Positions 1 to 13,134 of a stretch of 64,000 nucleotides of DNA are shown in pieces; position 1 is the first letter of the stretch; every line of letters begins with the position of its first letter. The notes below the pieces were generated by a model, which did no database searches, was not told the origin of the DNA, and worked only from the letters and a program-made list of their open reading frames with translations. Source of the DNA: Leucoraja ocellata. Lineage: Eukaryota. Both the position numbers and the translations under genes were made by a program. The stretch covers positions 4,030,001 to 4,094,000 of the forward strand of contig JAWMAR010000204.1 in the NCBI GenBank assembly GCA_036785375.1, read 5' to 3'.

Positions 1-1042
1 TATCTCAGATAACCTGTCCTGGGCCCAGCACGTAGATGGAATCATGAAGTGCCAACAACACTACTTTTTTCAAAGTTTAAAAGAGATCTGGCATGTCACC
101 AAATACTCCAACACAATTCCACAGAAACATTGTAGAAAGTATTGTGACTGGTACATCATGGCCCTGGTATGGCAATTCTATCTGCAAGGAATGAAAGAGT
201 TGCGTCCAGTCACAGGTGACAACCCGCCGCCTCCCCCCCCCCCCCCACCCCCCCCCCACCCACCCCCCACCCCCCCCCCACCCACCCCCACCCCCACCCA
301 CACACCAGGTTCAGGAATAGTTACTCTCTTACATCAGACAGGTTCTTGAACTGACCTGAGCAAATCTACCTCGGCAACAGAAACACACAAGACGACATTC
401 TTGCACTGCCTTGGACTTGTGGAGGGGATAAGATAGAGTAAAGTGTGTAAGAGTAAGCGGTTAGAGCAACGCTGAGAAAAGGTAGTCACGCAGAAGATGT
501 TACAAATGTTTAACACATTTTACCACAGTGGGTGTGTGGATCGGTTTTCACAACATTATAGAAGCTTCCGGATGAGCACTTGTATTGCCAATGCATAGAA
601 GGTTACAGACAAAGTACTAGTAAATGGCATTAATATAGATGAGTGCTGGATGTCATGGGCATGCTGATTTGTCTGTTTCTGTTGAAGATAGACACAAAAT
701 GCTGGAGTTGCAAAATGCATCTGGTCAGGCAGCAATTCTGGAGAAAAGAATAGGTGATGATTTCGGGTCAAGACCCATTTTCAGACATTCAGCCTGTTTT
801 TGTGTTCTATAAATCTAATTGACTTAACACAGCTTTGGTGTTCCGTATCATTCTCCCTGTGTCTCTTTAAAATGATGACCAGGATACGATTATTGGATTC
901 AAAGCAGTTTATTAACAAAACTTGAACGCACACAGTTTTTCATACATATAATATAGCAAGCTCTTGACAGACACATTCTTGCTGTGCCATGCTGCTTACA
1001 GCTTCAAATAATATGAAGTATGTTCTAAACTAAAGGCCATTC

Positions 1043-1708
1043 ATAGAAACATAGAAACATAGAAAATAGGTGCAGGAGTAGCCATATGGCCCTTTGAGCC
1101 TGCACCGGCATTCAATATGATCATGGCTGATCATCCAACTCAGTATCCCATACCTGCCATTCTTTCCATACCCCCTGATCCCTTTAGCCACAAGGGCCAC
1201 ATCTAACTCCCTCTTAAATATAGCCAATCAACTGGCCTCAACTACCTTCTGCGGCAGAGAATTCCAGAGATTCACCACTCTCTGTGTGAAAAAGGTTTTC
1301 CTCATCTCGGTCCTAAAAGATTTCCCCTTATCCTTAAACTGTGACCCCTTGTTCTGGACTTCCCCAACATCGGGAACAATCTTCCTGCATCTAGGCCTGT
1401 CCAACCCCTTAAGAATTTTGTAAGTTTCTATAAGATCCCCCCCTCAATCTTCTAAATTCTAGCGAGTACAAGCCGAGTCTATCCAGTCTTTCTTCATATG
1501 AAAGTCCTGACATCCCAGAAATCAGTCTGGTGAACCTTCTCTGTACTCCCTCTATGGCAAGAATGTCTTTCCTCAGATTAGGAGACCAAACTGTACGCAA
1601 TACTCCAGGTGTGGGTCTCACCAAGGCCCTGTACAACTGCAGTAGAACCTCCCTGCTCCTATGCTCAAATCCTTTTGCTATGAATGCTAACATACCATTC
1701 GCCTTCTT
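1043..1708 (-). mobile_element. CR1 LINE 3' fragment (paralogous to 27322-27988 +)
   Basis: CR1 ORF2 C-terminal motifs LYRALVRP, QRRFTRLI and YEERLDRLGLYSLE, with a (TTTCTATG)n tail. Confidence 0.9.
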
Positions 1709-2407
1709 TCACAATTACTCTACACAAAAAAAGTCGTTGAAAGGAGACCAACTCCTTAAGAATGTTCATCCACATTACCCTAGTTACTCTAATTTAATGT
1801 TCCTCGTGTTACCGACAGAGAAAAGAAGAATGACAAAGTATTAGAGACCCTGAAAGGAATGGAGCAGTGGCTGGAAAGATGTGACTGGAAAAAGCGTAGT
1901 CGGGTGTAGTACCGTGCCCCTGGATTTACAATGTCATCAGATCAGGAAAGCTCAATCACCTCCATCCTGATGTGCCAATGACTGCCATTAAAAAAGGAAA
2001 CAGGGATTCTGTGCTTTGTCCATCTTATCATAGAAATAAAAAATAGAGAGGAATTATTATTTTTTATTTTTTTGTAATCTATTTAGTTTAATGAAACAAT
2101 CATTATCATTGGCTTTATATGTGTGATATACATCTATGGTGCTTGTTGCTGCTTTATGGACAACTAATAAATGCTGGCCCTACTTATATCCTACTTCTCG
2201 CATGGAGAAGAAGAATTTGCATTCACACAACATTGTTCACTTCCTTACCAATTGCAAGTTCTTCACAGCCAGTAACAAGCTTTTGAAACATTACCACTGT
2301 GCACAAAAAGCATCCATTTTCTTCAACAAACCACTAATGGCAATGAGATCAACATAATTGCTCAGTTTCTCAGCACTTCTAGCCATTTTGTATTTTTTTT
2401 TTTTTTT

Positions 2408-2840
2408 GTGTTTTATTTTATTACAATACTCACATGAGGTTTCAAACGAAATTTGGTGTCTGCAGCCTTACAAGAAAAGAACAAGACACACACCAACACA
2501 ATTTACACAAACATCCATCACAGTGAGTCCCTGCTCACTGTGATGGAAGGCAAAGTCTTATCTCTCCCCTGCTCTCCATTCCTCTCCCGAAGTCGCAGTC
2601 AAAGGCCCCGGCGGGCGCTAGCATGTCCGCGGCCACTCAACGCCACGCCGGGCGATGTAAGGCCCTGCCCCGGGACTTGGTGTTGGAGCCCCCGGCGCGC
2701 GCTGGCAAGTCCGCGGCAAATCAAAGCCGCGCCGGGCGTTGTAAGGCCCTGCTCCAGGTCACTCTCAACCCCGCAATTCGGGCGGTAGAAGTCGCCGTTG
2801 CCGGTGCCCCGCAAAGCGGTCTCCCACTGGGGACCCGCGT
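2408..2840 (-). mobile_element. GC-rich non-autonomous retroelement, truncated (paralog 26177-26605 +)
   Basis: GC-rich body plus a 3' module (GCCTTCCATCACAGTG...GATGGATGTTTGTGTAAAT...AATAAA) shared with 9170-10008 and 55050-55285. Confidence 0.65.
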
Positions 2841-2844
2841 ATTA

Positions 2845-3540
2845 GAAGTTAATACAGTACAAAACAGTAGTGGAACCAATTTTAGGTGCCAACTATGTCA
2901 TACCGTAATCCATTCTATGTACAACCTCTAGTTTTTATGTTTTGAGAAGGAAGTAAGCAAGACAAGAACAAGAAAACAATAGAAAGGGGAATAAGAGGAA
3001 AAATAGCTGGTAGAGAATAGAAAACGTGAAGTGTGTATATAAAAAAAAGAAAAAGTGGAAATAGGAGAAAAGGCCCCTGAAAAGAGAAAATTTCAAATCT
3101 TTATTTGGAGATGTAGATCTATGCACGGCATGAACTGAAATCAGCAATCTTTACGGTACCGCTGCATCACATGATTCCAAAAAGTCGATGAAAGGAGACC
3201 AACTCCTTAAGAATTGGTCATATTTATCTATTAGTCGGAGACTCATTTCTTCAAGGCGTGCTATGTCCATCATATTCCTAATCCACATTTTAACAGTTGG
3301 TATGGTTGTATTTTTCCAAAATTTACGTATCAATTTCTTTCCAATTATTAACCCATAATTAAAAAAAAGTTTTGGTCTTTATTTAAATTGATATCGTCTA
3401 CTATTATTCCAAATATAATCCATTCCGTTTTAGGTTCTATTCTTGACTTGAAAAGCTTTGTAAATATATCAAATATATCGCTCCAAAATTTATTCAACTT
3501 TGTACATCCTACAAATGAATGTGTTATATTAGCGTTTTGA
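2845..3540 (-). mobile_element. L1-clade LINE 3' end (paralog 25470-26175 +)
   Basis: Encodes KKLIRKFWKNTTIPTVKMWI...FLRSWSPFIDFL, typical of the fish L1 ORF2 C-terminus. Confidence 0.8.
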
Positions 3541-4292
3541 AAAATAGCGAGGAATTATGATAAACCTTTCATAGGTTTCTAGCTGATGTAATCCTTCCAG
3601 TTCTTGGCACCAAATTACGTCCAAAATCAAAGTCCCACAAAGCTGATCTACAAGAATGAAGCCATGTTTTTGGAATCTCTATTTTATTGAGAAAAGCTTG
3701 GTTTATTTAACAGGGCAGAGGTGGAGTGAAGGTGAGATTTGAAGCATACTGTATATCCAATATCCAGTATATCATGAAATATAAAATGGAGGAAGGACGA
3801 TGAAAGTGTTGCTCGTGGCAAAAGCATCATTGACGGATGTGGAGAAATTTGCAGAAGAAACACAAGGAAAAGAGTTGTTAATCTGGAGTTTCTCTCTGAA
3901 AAGGCAATGGAAGCAGATTTGATGGTAACTTTCAATAAAGAGTTAGTTGGAAGAACTATCAAAGCAGAGAAATTTGCCTGGCTTTGAAAATAGCTGAATA
4001 CTTGAATATCACTTATACATAACCAGCAAAGACATCTGTGCTGAATGACCTGCTGTCAACCTCATTCTATGAGTTAATATTGGAGACTTTCCCTTATAGG
4101 GAAGAGATAGAAGATTTGGCATTATATTTAGGAACAGACAAATACATTTTAGAATGCCATGTATTTAATGCTTAAATCATATCAGAGATACAATCCTTTT
4201 TATTTAGAATTAAAATCAGTTCACCAAAAAAACATTTGTAGGTATAAAACCTATTTCATCACCTCAGGATACCATTGTGGCAATGAACCCCT

Positions 4293-4404
4293 TCAAAATG
4301 TATCCGACTTTTCAGTTTTGGTCAGTAAGCCAATAATAAGCATCTTCACCCAGAGAGCCTTCCCACTCAAACAAACTTCTTTACGTGGGTTAATCTGATG
4401 AGCT
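4293..4404 (-). pseudogene. Orphan CXC chemokine exon 3 (copy D; promoter, exon 1 and exon 2 deleted)
   Basis: The minus strand reads tttcag|A..AHQINPRKEVCLSGKALWVKMLIIGLLTKTEKSDTF* (stop TAG changed to TCG). At ~4580-4590 intron-2 sequence is joined directly to far-upstream sequence, equivalent to deleting ~12690-14077 of copy A. Confidence 0.85.
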
Positions 4405-4960
4405 CTGAAAGAAAAAGGGAGGCATTTTATCTTTCTAGTTATTAGAATTTTTTGAGGGGATGGGGGAAGGGGGGGGGGGGGGGAGGGGTGATAAATTGCA
4501 ACATCATTTAATTGTCAGAGTTCTCTTGTTTGTTCCTTTCACTTGTGGCAGATGATCTGCCGATAAAATGCAATTCATACAATTTTAAGTTACAATGAGC
4601 ACACCCCCACCCGTTTCAACCTTTCTCACACAAGACAATCCATATCCAAGTGAACATTCTGTGAAGTGTCTCTAATAATTATCTATTGTTCCTTAAATAA
4701 CAGGGTCACAAAACTGCTCACGTACTCTAATGTTGTCTCACTAATGTCTTACGCAGTAGCCGTAAGTTTCCCTGCATTTATATTCCATCTCTTTGAAATG
4801 AAAGGCAAGTTTCTGCTGCCTTCCTGATCCGTGCTGCACCTAAGAGAAACTTCTGTATTCATGCTGCATGTTTCTGTTATCTTTTGCCATTTAAATCATA
4901 ATTTGACTACACATCCTCTCTGCCTTTTGAATGGACGCCATCTCTTATTCTTAATAACCG

Positions 4961-5619
4961 CGTCCTTGCAGCCTACCACCTGGATCGGAGCGGCCTTTCC
5001 TGCCGGGGACCGGGAACTGGACCAGAGCTTCAACAGCGGCGGGGCAGCGCTAAATTCACCGCGGAGCGGGCGATGCCTACCTGGAACGCCGTTTGGAGCT
5101 CCGGAGTGTTACGCCGCTGCTCCAACATCGTGGAGCAGCGGTTTGGGAGAGCTCCCAACGCGGGCGGCGCTTACTTCAATATCGCGGAGTCCTGGGGCCC
5201 TTTGCCGAGGGCCGCCAGCGTTGAATCTCCGCCCGGCACGGCCTCCGGACTTTGGGAGCCGTGGACTCCGGTAGGAGGTGGCCGACTATGATGTCCAAGC
5301 CACTGAGGAGGTCCCCCAGCCCCGACGCCGGACTTACATCACCCCGGCAAGCGGGCCTGAACATCGGGCCGCCCGTAGCGGCGACTGCGGAAGGCTCGGG
5401 GAGGCCCCGACCACGGGTGAACATTGGGGAACATTAGAGGAGAGACTGACTTTGGCACCTTCCCTCAAACTGGGAAACTTTGATTCTGCTGTGTGGGGAT
5501 GCTTTATGTTGAACTCTATCGTGTGTTGTGTTCTTTATTTGTATTGTATGGCTGTACGGTGAACACATTTCACTGTGCCAACTGGCACATGTGACAAATT
5601 AATGTATCTTGTATCTTGC
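4961..5619 (+). mobile_element. GC-rich non-autonomous retroelement (paralogs 11647-12308, 20322-20930, 33080-33742 on -)
   Basis: GC-rich body and LINE-like 3' end with a (TATCTTG)n tail; no credible protein. Confidence 0.7.
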
Positions 5620-6484
5620 ATCGCTGATGGGAGAAGAGGGAATGTCTGGAGTGAGACTCGTCCTTAATTATGCCGGTGGCTTTGCCAAGGCTGCATGAAA
5701 TTTAGATAGGGCCAATGGAATAGATATTGGATTGTGTGATGGTCTGGGCTGCGACCACTAATTAAGAACTTATTAAGTGGAGCACTAACTGCACGCTGAT
5801 ATAAACATTGATAGATGAACAGATTAAGACATTGCTCCAGTGAAGTAAACTGTGTGTATCCAGGAGCAACCAACCAGCCTACTGTATGCAAAGTAAATGG
5901 GACCGGAATTACAGCTCATTTCATGCTCTTTCTCCACTTAATTATGTGGAATAATAGAGGATCAACTGACAAATATTTGTTGTGTTTTTCCAGATAGTAG
6001 CGCTGAGTGAACTAAGGAGCCGAGTGCTGATAATTACTGAAAGACTGCAAATTACTGAGAGGACAGTAATATACAATGTACAGTCTGCTTTGATGCAAGA
6101 TTTGACCATGGAGATCAAATAAACATATTAAAGATGGAGATAAACTCATGAGAAGGGATGGGCCATGAATACAGGTTGTGAAATGTTGTGCAACAACCTG
6201 TTCTAATTGTTGTGAAATCAAAAACAGTTTGAGTGCTAACTCATGGGGTCACCACCACAATTTGTACTCTATCACTGGTGATCGAGGGCAGGGGACATTA
6301 TATTGAGCAGAATTCTCACAATTTAAAATCATTCAGTAATACTTAAAGGGAATTGTGATGACAAGAAAACATTTGATCAGGATGGATCTCAGCTTGGTTT
6401 GGGAACAGCTCCATGAAAGACCGCAAGAAATTGCAGCCAATTGTGGACAGAGCCCAGCTCAGACCATCACACAATCCATCCTTA

Positions 6485-7243
6485 CATAGAAACATAGAAA
6501 TTATGTGCAGGATTAGGCCATTTGGCCCTTCAAGCCTTCACCGCCATTCAATATGATCATGGCTGATCATCCAACTCAGTATCCCGTACCTGCCTTCTCT
6601 CCATACCTTCTGATCCCCTTAGCCACAAGGGCCACATCTAACTCCCTCTTAAATATAGCCAATTAGCTGGCCTTGACTACCCTCTGCGGCAGAGAGTTCC
6701 AGAGGCTCACCACTCTCTGTGTGAAAAAAGTTCTTCTCATCTCGGTTTTAAAGGATTTCCTCCTTATCCTTAAGCTGTGACCCCTTGTCCTGGACTTCCC
6801 CAACATCGGGAGCAATCTTCCTGCACCTAGCCTGTCCAACCCCTTAAGAATTTTGTACGTTTCTATAAGATCCCCCCTCAATCTCCTAAATTCTAGAGAG
6901 CATAAACCAAGTCTATCCAGTCTTTCTTCATAAGACAGTCCTGACATCCCAGGAATCAATCTGGTGAACCTTCTCTGCACTCCCTCAATGGCAATAATGT
7001 CCTTCCTCAGATTTGGAGACCAAAACTGTACGCAATACTCCAGGTGTGGTCTCACCAAGACCCTGTACAACTGCAGTAGAACCTCCCTGCTCCTATACTC
7101 AAATCCTCTTGCTATGAAAGCTAACATACCATTTGCTTTCTTCACTGCCCGCTGCACCTGCATGCCTACTTTCAATGACTGGTGTACCATGACACCCAGG
7201 TCTCGCTGCATCTCCCCTTTTCCTAGTCGGCCACCATTTAGAT
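6485..7243 (-). mobile_element. CR1 LINE 3' fragment
   Basis: ORF 6663-7262 with RDLGV, RPHLEYCVQFWSP and TRGHSL motifs. Confidence 0.92.
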
Positions 7244-7504
7244 AATTTACAATACAATACAATACAATACAATTTATTTGTCATTTGGACCCCGTTGAGG
7301 TCCAAACGAAATGTCGTTTCTGCAGCCATACATTATAAAATGAAAAAGACCCGAGACACAACACAATTTACACAAACATCCATCACAGCGCTGTGATGGA
7401 AGGCAAAAAAACGTTTACTTTGAACTTTGAACTTTGAAACATATTTTTCTTTTGCAATAAATTATCTGCTGAAGGAACTCCAGCATCAGTGGGATGGAGG
7501 GGAG

Positions 7505-7950
7505 CAGTGATCGATGATTCTAACCAGGAGCGTCTAGGACCAGGGGTCGTAGCCTCAGAATAAAATGACGTTTCTTTAGGAAGTAGATAAGGAGGAATTT
7601 CTTTAGTCAGAGGGTGGTGAATCTGTGAAATTCATTGCCACAGAAGGCTGCAGAGACCAGGTCAATGGATATTATTAAGGCACTTAGATAGATTCTTGAT
7701 TAGTAAGCATGTCAGGGGTTATGTGGAGAAGGCAGGAGCATGCGGTTGAGGGGGAGAGATAGGTAAATTCTCGTAAACCTCCTCTGGACCCTCTCCAACA
7801 CCAACACATCTTTCTTCAGATATGGGACCCAAAACTGTTCACAATAATCCAAAGGCAGACTGACCAGTGCTTTATGAAGCCTCAGCATTGCATCCCTGTG
7901 TTTGTATTCTAGTCCTCTTGAAATAAATGCAACATTGCATTTGCTTTTCT
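7505..7950. mobile_element. Old CR1 fragments in opposed orientation (repeated at ~15805, 31190, 37240)
   Basis: Degenerate CR1 motifs (LDYCEQFWVPYLKKD, FFSQRVVNL). Confidence 0.7.
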
Positions 7951-8669
7951 TACTAGTGATTATGCAATTTCTCAATATAACTAATGTATAAATCCAAGGA
8001 TGCCATCTACCAGTGTGCACCATTCCAAACTTGCCCTGCCAGAGACTTGTGTGGCCCCTCCTTCAGTCCTGCCTCCTACTGTAACGTCACTACTCCAGTT
8101 ACAGTATGTTGCCCCTCTACATACTCAAATATTTCTCTTCACATTTTGGTCCATGAGATTTCACTCACCATGTGTCTGCTCACTTCACCAGCCTGTCTCT
8201 GATTCTTGTCCCTCCCACAGTTTACACTATTATATGTTTCCATGTAGTCTGACAAACCAACCCTTCACCCAACTCTGGGCCTCGCGTTAAATATACATAC
8301 AAACTAATTGTCCGTGTAGCAAGTGACATAATGCTGTTAATAATGTTGCAGTGTTAGTACACTGAAAAGGCACTTGTTATATTGTGTGTTTGTCAGCTCT
8401 GTGAACGCCCATCTATACATCAATCATACGACCCTCAGCAACTCTTTTTGTTAAATTATCCAAGATCTCAATCAAGCAAAGGCCAGCATTTATTCCCACC
8501 TGTAACTACCCTTGATCCACTGTATGATGGAGATATTCCCAAGATAGTGGAGGGTCGGGGGTTCTAATATTTAGACCCTGTGATGATGAATAAAGAGTAA
8601 TGTGGGGTGTAATATAATTCAGCTGCAACTTCTGAACCCCACAAAGACTTCCCCAAGACGTTCCTCTGT

Positions 8670-9170
8670 TCAGTTTTGTTTAGTGTCACGTGTACCGAGG
8701 TACAGTGAAAAGCTTTTGTTGCCTGCTATCCAGTCAGCAGGAAGACAAAACATGATTGCAATTGAGCCATTTACAGTGTATAGACACATGATAAGGGAAT
8801 CATGTTTAGTGCAAGGTGAAGCCAGCAAAGTCCGATCAAGGATAGTCCAAGGGTCACCAATGAGGTAGATAGTAGTTCAGCACTGCTCTTTGGTTGTGGT
8901 AGGATGATTCAATTGCATGATAACAGTTGGGAAGAAACAGTCCCTGAATCTGGAGGTGTGCGTTTTTACATGCTGCCTTTTGCCTGATCGAAGAGGAGAG
9001 AAGAGGGAGTGGCCAGGGTGCAACACGTCCTTGATTATGCTGCTGGCCTTGCCAAGGCAGCGTGAGGTTGAAATGGAGTCAATAGAAGGAAGGATGGATT
9101 GTGTGATGGTCTGAGCTGGGCTCTGTCCACAATTGGCTGCAATTTCTTGCGGTCTTGGATGGAGCTGTTC
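8670..9170 (-). mobile_element. L2/Rex-type LINE 3' fragment (paralogs ~18285-18790, 39760-40262)
   Basis: LPSIDSI..SRCLGKASSIIKD..HPGHSLFSPL.SGKR...TSRFRDCFFP (DUF1891-adjacent C-terminus). Confidence 0.8.
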
Positions 9171-10008
9171 GGTGGGCGGCACGACTCTCGTCAGCAGCGG
9201 CCTCTTGCAGTCCGTCTGTCTTTTTAATATTTTTGTCTCGTTTCTATGTAGTTTTTATTTTATTTTTTTGTCGGGGTATGTGTGTGTGGGGGGGTTGGGG
9301 TGGGGGGGAGGGAACTTTAAAATCTTTCCCCTGCACGGGAGACCCGACCTTTTCTTTGTCGGGTCTCCGTTGTCGTTGGGGCTGCAACGTGGAGCGGCCT
9401 CCAGCAGGAACGACCTGGGGCTCCAGTTGCGGAGCTGTGGTCCTACTCGCCGTCGCGGAGTCCGGAGCGTCTGGAGCGGTGGTGGAGTGCTGCTGCGACC
9501 CGACCCCCGGGGATTCGGAGGCTGCAGCTGCGGGTCTGGCGGACGGCGGCACTGGGAGCCCGCGGGTCCCTGGAGGGAGACCGCTTTTCGGGGCTTCCGC
9601 AACAGCAACTTCTCCCGCTCGAGTTGCAGGGTTGAAGAGCACCTGGAACGGGGACACTTACCATCGCCCCGCGCGGCTTGGAATGGCCGCGGGACTTTGC
9701 GAGCGCCCGCCGGGGGCTCAAACACCAAGACCCGGTGCGCGACCTTGCATCACCCGGCATGGCATTAATGGCCGCGGGACAATCGCCATCGCCCGCCGGG
9801 GGCTTTGACTTTGACTGACATCGGTGGGGAGTGCAGGGGAGAGATACGTTTTTTGCCTTCCATCACAGCGCTGTAATGGATGTTTGTGTAAATTGTGTTG
9901 TGTCTCGGGTCTTTCTCGTTTTATAATGTATGGCTGCAGAAACGACATTTCGTTTGGACCTCAACGGGGTCCAAATGACAAATAAATTGTATTGTATTGT
10001 ATTGTATT
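9170..10008 (+). mobile_element. GC-rich non-autonomous retroelement with (TTGTA)n tail
   Basis: GC-rich body followed by AAATGACAAATAAA and (TTGTA)5. Confidence 0.7.
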
Positions 10009-10785
10009 GTAAATTATCTAAATGGTGGCCGACTAGGAAAAGGGGAGATGCAGCGAGACCTGGGTGTCATGGTACACCAGTTATTGAAAGTAGGCATGCA
10101 GGTGCAGCGGGCAGTGAAGAAAGCGAATGGTATGTTGGCTTTCATAGCAAGAGGATTTGAGTATAGGAGCAGGGAGGTTCTACTGCAGTTGTGCAGGGTC
10201 TTGGTGAGACCACACCTGGAGTATTGCGCACAGTTTTGGTCTCCAAATCTGAGGAAGGACATTATTGCCATAGAGAGAGTGCAGAGAAGGTTCACCAGAC
10301 TGATTCCTGGGATGTCAGGACTGTCTTATGAAGAAAGACTGGATAGACTTGGTTTATACTCTCTAGAATTTAGGAGATTGAGGGGGGATCTTATAGAAAC
10401 GTACAAAATTCTTAAGGGGTTGGACAGGCTAGATGCAGGAAGATTGCTCCCGATGTTGGGGAAGTCCAGGACAAGGGGTCACAGCTTAAGGATAAGGGGG
10501 AAATCCTTTAAAACCGAGATGAGAAGAACTTTTTTCACACAGAGAGTGGTGAGTCTCTGGAACTCTCTGCCGCAGAGGGTAGTCAAGGCCAGTTAATTGG
10601 CTATATTTAAGAGGGAGTTAGATGTGGCCCTTGTGGCTAAGGGGATCAGAGGGTATGGAGAGAAGGCAGGTACGGGATACTGAGTTGGATGATCAGCCAT
10701 GATCATATTGAATGGTGGTGCAGGCTCGAAGGGTCCCGAATGGCCTACTCCTGCACCTAATTTCTACGTTTCTATGTTTCTATGT
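10009..10785 (+). mobile_element. CR1 LINE 3' fragment
   Basis: ORF 9997-10596 is the CR1 ORF2 C-terminus; (TTTCTATG)n tail. Confidence 0.92.
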
Positions 10786-13134
10786 AAGGATGATTGTGTG
10801 ATGGTCTGAGCTGGGCTCTGTCCCACAATTGGCTGCAATTTCTTGCGGTCTTGGATGGAGCTGTTCCCAAACCAAGCTGAGATCCATCCTGATGAAATAC
10901 TTTCTTGTCATCACAATTCACTTTAAGTATTACTGAATGTTTTTAAATTGTGAGAATTCTGCTCAATATAATGTCCCTGCCTCGTTCACCAATGATAGAG
11001 TACAAATTGTGGTGGTGACCCCATGAGTTAGCACTCAAACTGTTTTTGATTTCACAACACAATTAGAACAGGTTGTTGCACAACATTTCACAACCTGTAT
11101 TCATGGGCCATCCCTTCTCATGAGTTTATCTCCATCTTTAATATGTTTATTTGATCTCCATGGTCAAATCTTGCATCAATGCAGACTGTACATTGAATAT
11201 TACTGTCCTCTCAGTAATTTGCAGTCTTTCAGTAATTATCAGCACTCGGCTCCTTAGTTCACTCAGCGCTACTATCTGGAAAAACACAACAAATATTTGT
11301 GAGTTGATCCTCTATTATTCCACATAATTAAGTGGAGAAAGAGCATGAAATGAGCTGTAATCCCGGCCCCATTTACTTTGCATACAGTAGGCTGGTTGGT
11401 TGCTCCTGGATACACACAGTTTACATCACTGGAGCAATGTCTTAATCTGTTCATCTATCAATGTTTATATCAGCGTGCAATTAGTGCTCCACTTAATAAG
11501 TTCTTAATTAGTGGTCGCAGCCCAGACCATCACACAATCCAACATCTATTCCATTGGCCCTATCTAAATTTCATGCAGCCTTGGCAAAGCCACCGGCATA
11601 ATTAAGGACGAGTCTCACTCCAGACATTCCCTCTTCTCCCATCAGCGATACAAGATACAAGATACATTAATTTGTCACATGTGCCAGTTGGCACAGTGAA
11701 ATGTGTTCACCGTACAGCCATACAATACAAATAAGAACACAACACACGATAGAGTTCAAACATAAAACATCCCCACACAGCAGAATCAAAGTTTCCCAGT
11801 GTGAGGGAAGGTACCAAAGTCAGTCTCTCCTCTAATGTTCCCCAATGTTCACCCGTGGTCGGGGCCTCCCCCGAGCCTTCCGCAGTCGCCGCTACGGGCG
11901 GCCCGATGTTCAGGCTCGCTTGCCGGGGTGATGTAAGTCCGGCGTCGGGGCTGGGGGACCTCCTCAGTGGCTTGGACATCATAGTCGGCCACCTCCTACC
12001 GGAGTCCACGGCTCCCAAAGTCCGGAGGCCGTGCCGGGCGGAGATTCAACGCTGGCGGCCCTCGGCAAAGGGCCCCAGGACTCCGCGATATTGAAGTCAG
12101 CGCCGCCCGCGCTGGGGGCTCTCCCAAACCGCTGCTCCACGATGTTGGAGCAGCGGCGTAACACTCCGGAGCTCCAAACGGCGTTCCAGGTAGGCATCGC
12201 CCGCTCCACGGTGAATTTAGCACTGCCCCGCCGCTATTGAAGCTCTGGTCCAGTTCCCGGTCCCCGGCAGGAAAGGCCGCTCCGATCCAGGTGGTAGGCT
12301 GCAAGGACGCGGTTATTAAGAATAAGAGATGGCGTCCATTTCAAAAGGCAGAGAGGATGTGTAGTCAAATTATGATTTAAATGGCAAAAGATAGCAGAAA
12401 CATGCAGCATAAACACAGAAGTTTCTCTTGGGTGCAGCACGGATCAGGAAGGAAGCAGATACTTGCCTTTCATTTCAAAAGAGATGGAATATAAATGCAG
12501 GGAAACTTACGGCTACTGCGTAAGACATTAGTGAGACAACATTAGAGTACGTGAGCAGTTTTGTGACCCTGTTATTTAAGGAACAATAGATAATTATTAG
12601 AGACATTTCACAGAATGTTCACTTGGATATGGATTGTCTTGTGTGAGAAAGGTTGAAACGGGTGGGGGTGTGCTCATTGTAACTTAAAACAATGAGAGCT
12701 CATCACACTGAAACATAAACATCCTGAGGGGGTGTGGCAGCCGTGTGTTGGAAAGATGATCCTGCTTGTAGTAAAGTCTGGGACCAAAACACACCAACGC
12801 AGAATAAGGTGGAGATGTCATTTATGAATGAGACAAGGAAGAATATCTTCTCTCAAATATCGGTGACTTATCTGAATTCCTTATCCCAGGAAAGGCTGAA
12901 CCTTTGAATATATTCAAAGTGGAGAAAAATGTATGATCTGTAAAAGAATCGAGTGTAATGGGACAGGGTGGGAGAGCAGATTTGGAACGTTGTGTTAGCC
13001 ATGGTTTTATTGAGCATGAGAGAGGCTCAAGTGCTGAATGGCCTGCTCCTGTTCCAACTTCCTACTGTCTCCGTCACACCATTAACTTGTTTTCAGCTTT
13101 TTTTTTAAACAAACTGTCTATTTTGATATAATCT

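Larger units (their letters stand above)
1..7413 (-). repeat. Inverted copy of the chemokine duplication unit (type II, exons 1-2 deleted); continues beyond the window edge
   Basis: 1-4585 is the reverse complement of ~24415-29022; 4590-7413 is the reverse complement of ~9846-12689. Confidence 0.9.

Noticed and set aside
5994-6122. Open frame after a good acceptor (TTTTTCCAG|IVALSELRSRV...) in the repeated upstream module
   Set aside because: No upstream exon or homology recognised; presence in all copies is explained by recent duplication.
9133-9808. 200+ aa GC-rich ORFs (also at 4831-5562, 11707-12304, 33134-33799)
   Set aside because: Stop-poor GC-rich repeats open in several frames, with no domain motifs.
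11060-11230. Short hairpins (ACAGGTTGT..ACAACCTGT; AGACTG..ATTACTG..CAGTAAT..CAGTCT) as a candidate miRNA/snoRNA cluster
   Set aside because: Stems are too short or interrupted, with no recognisable seed or boxes.
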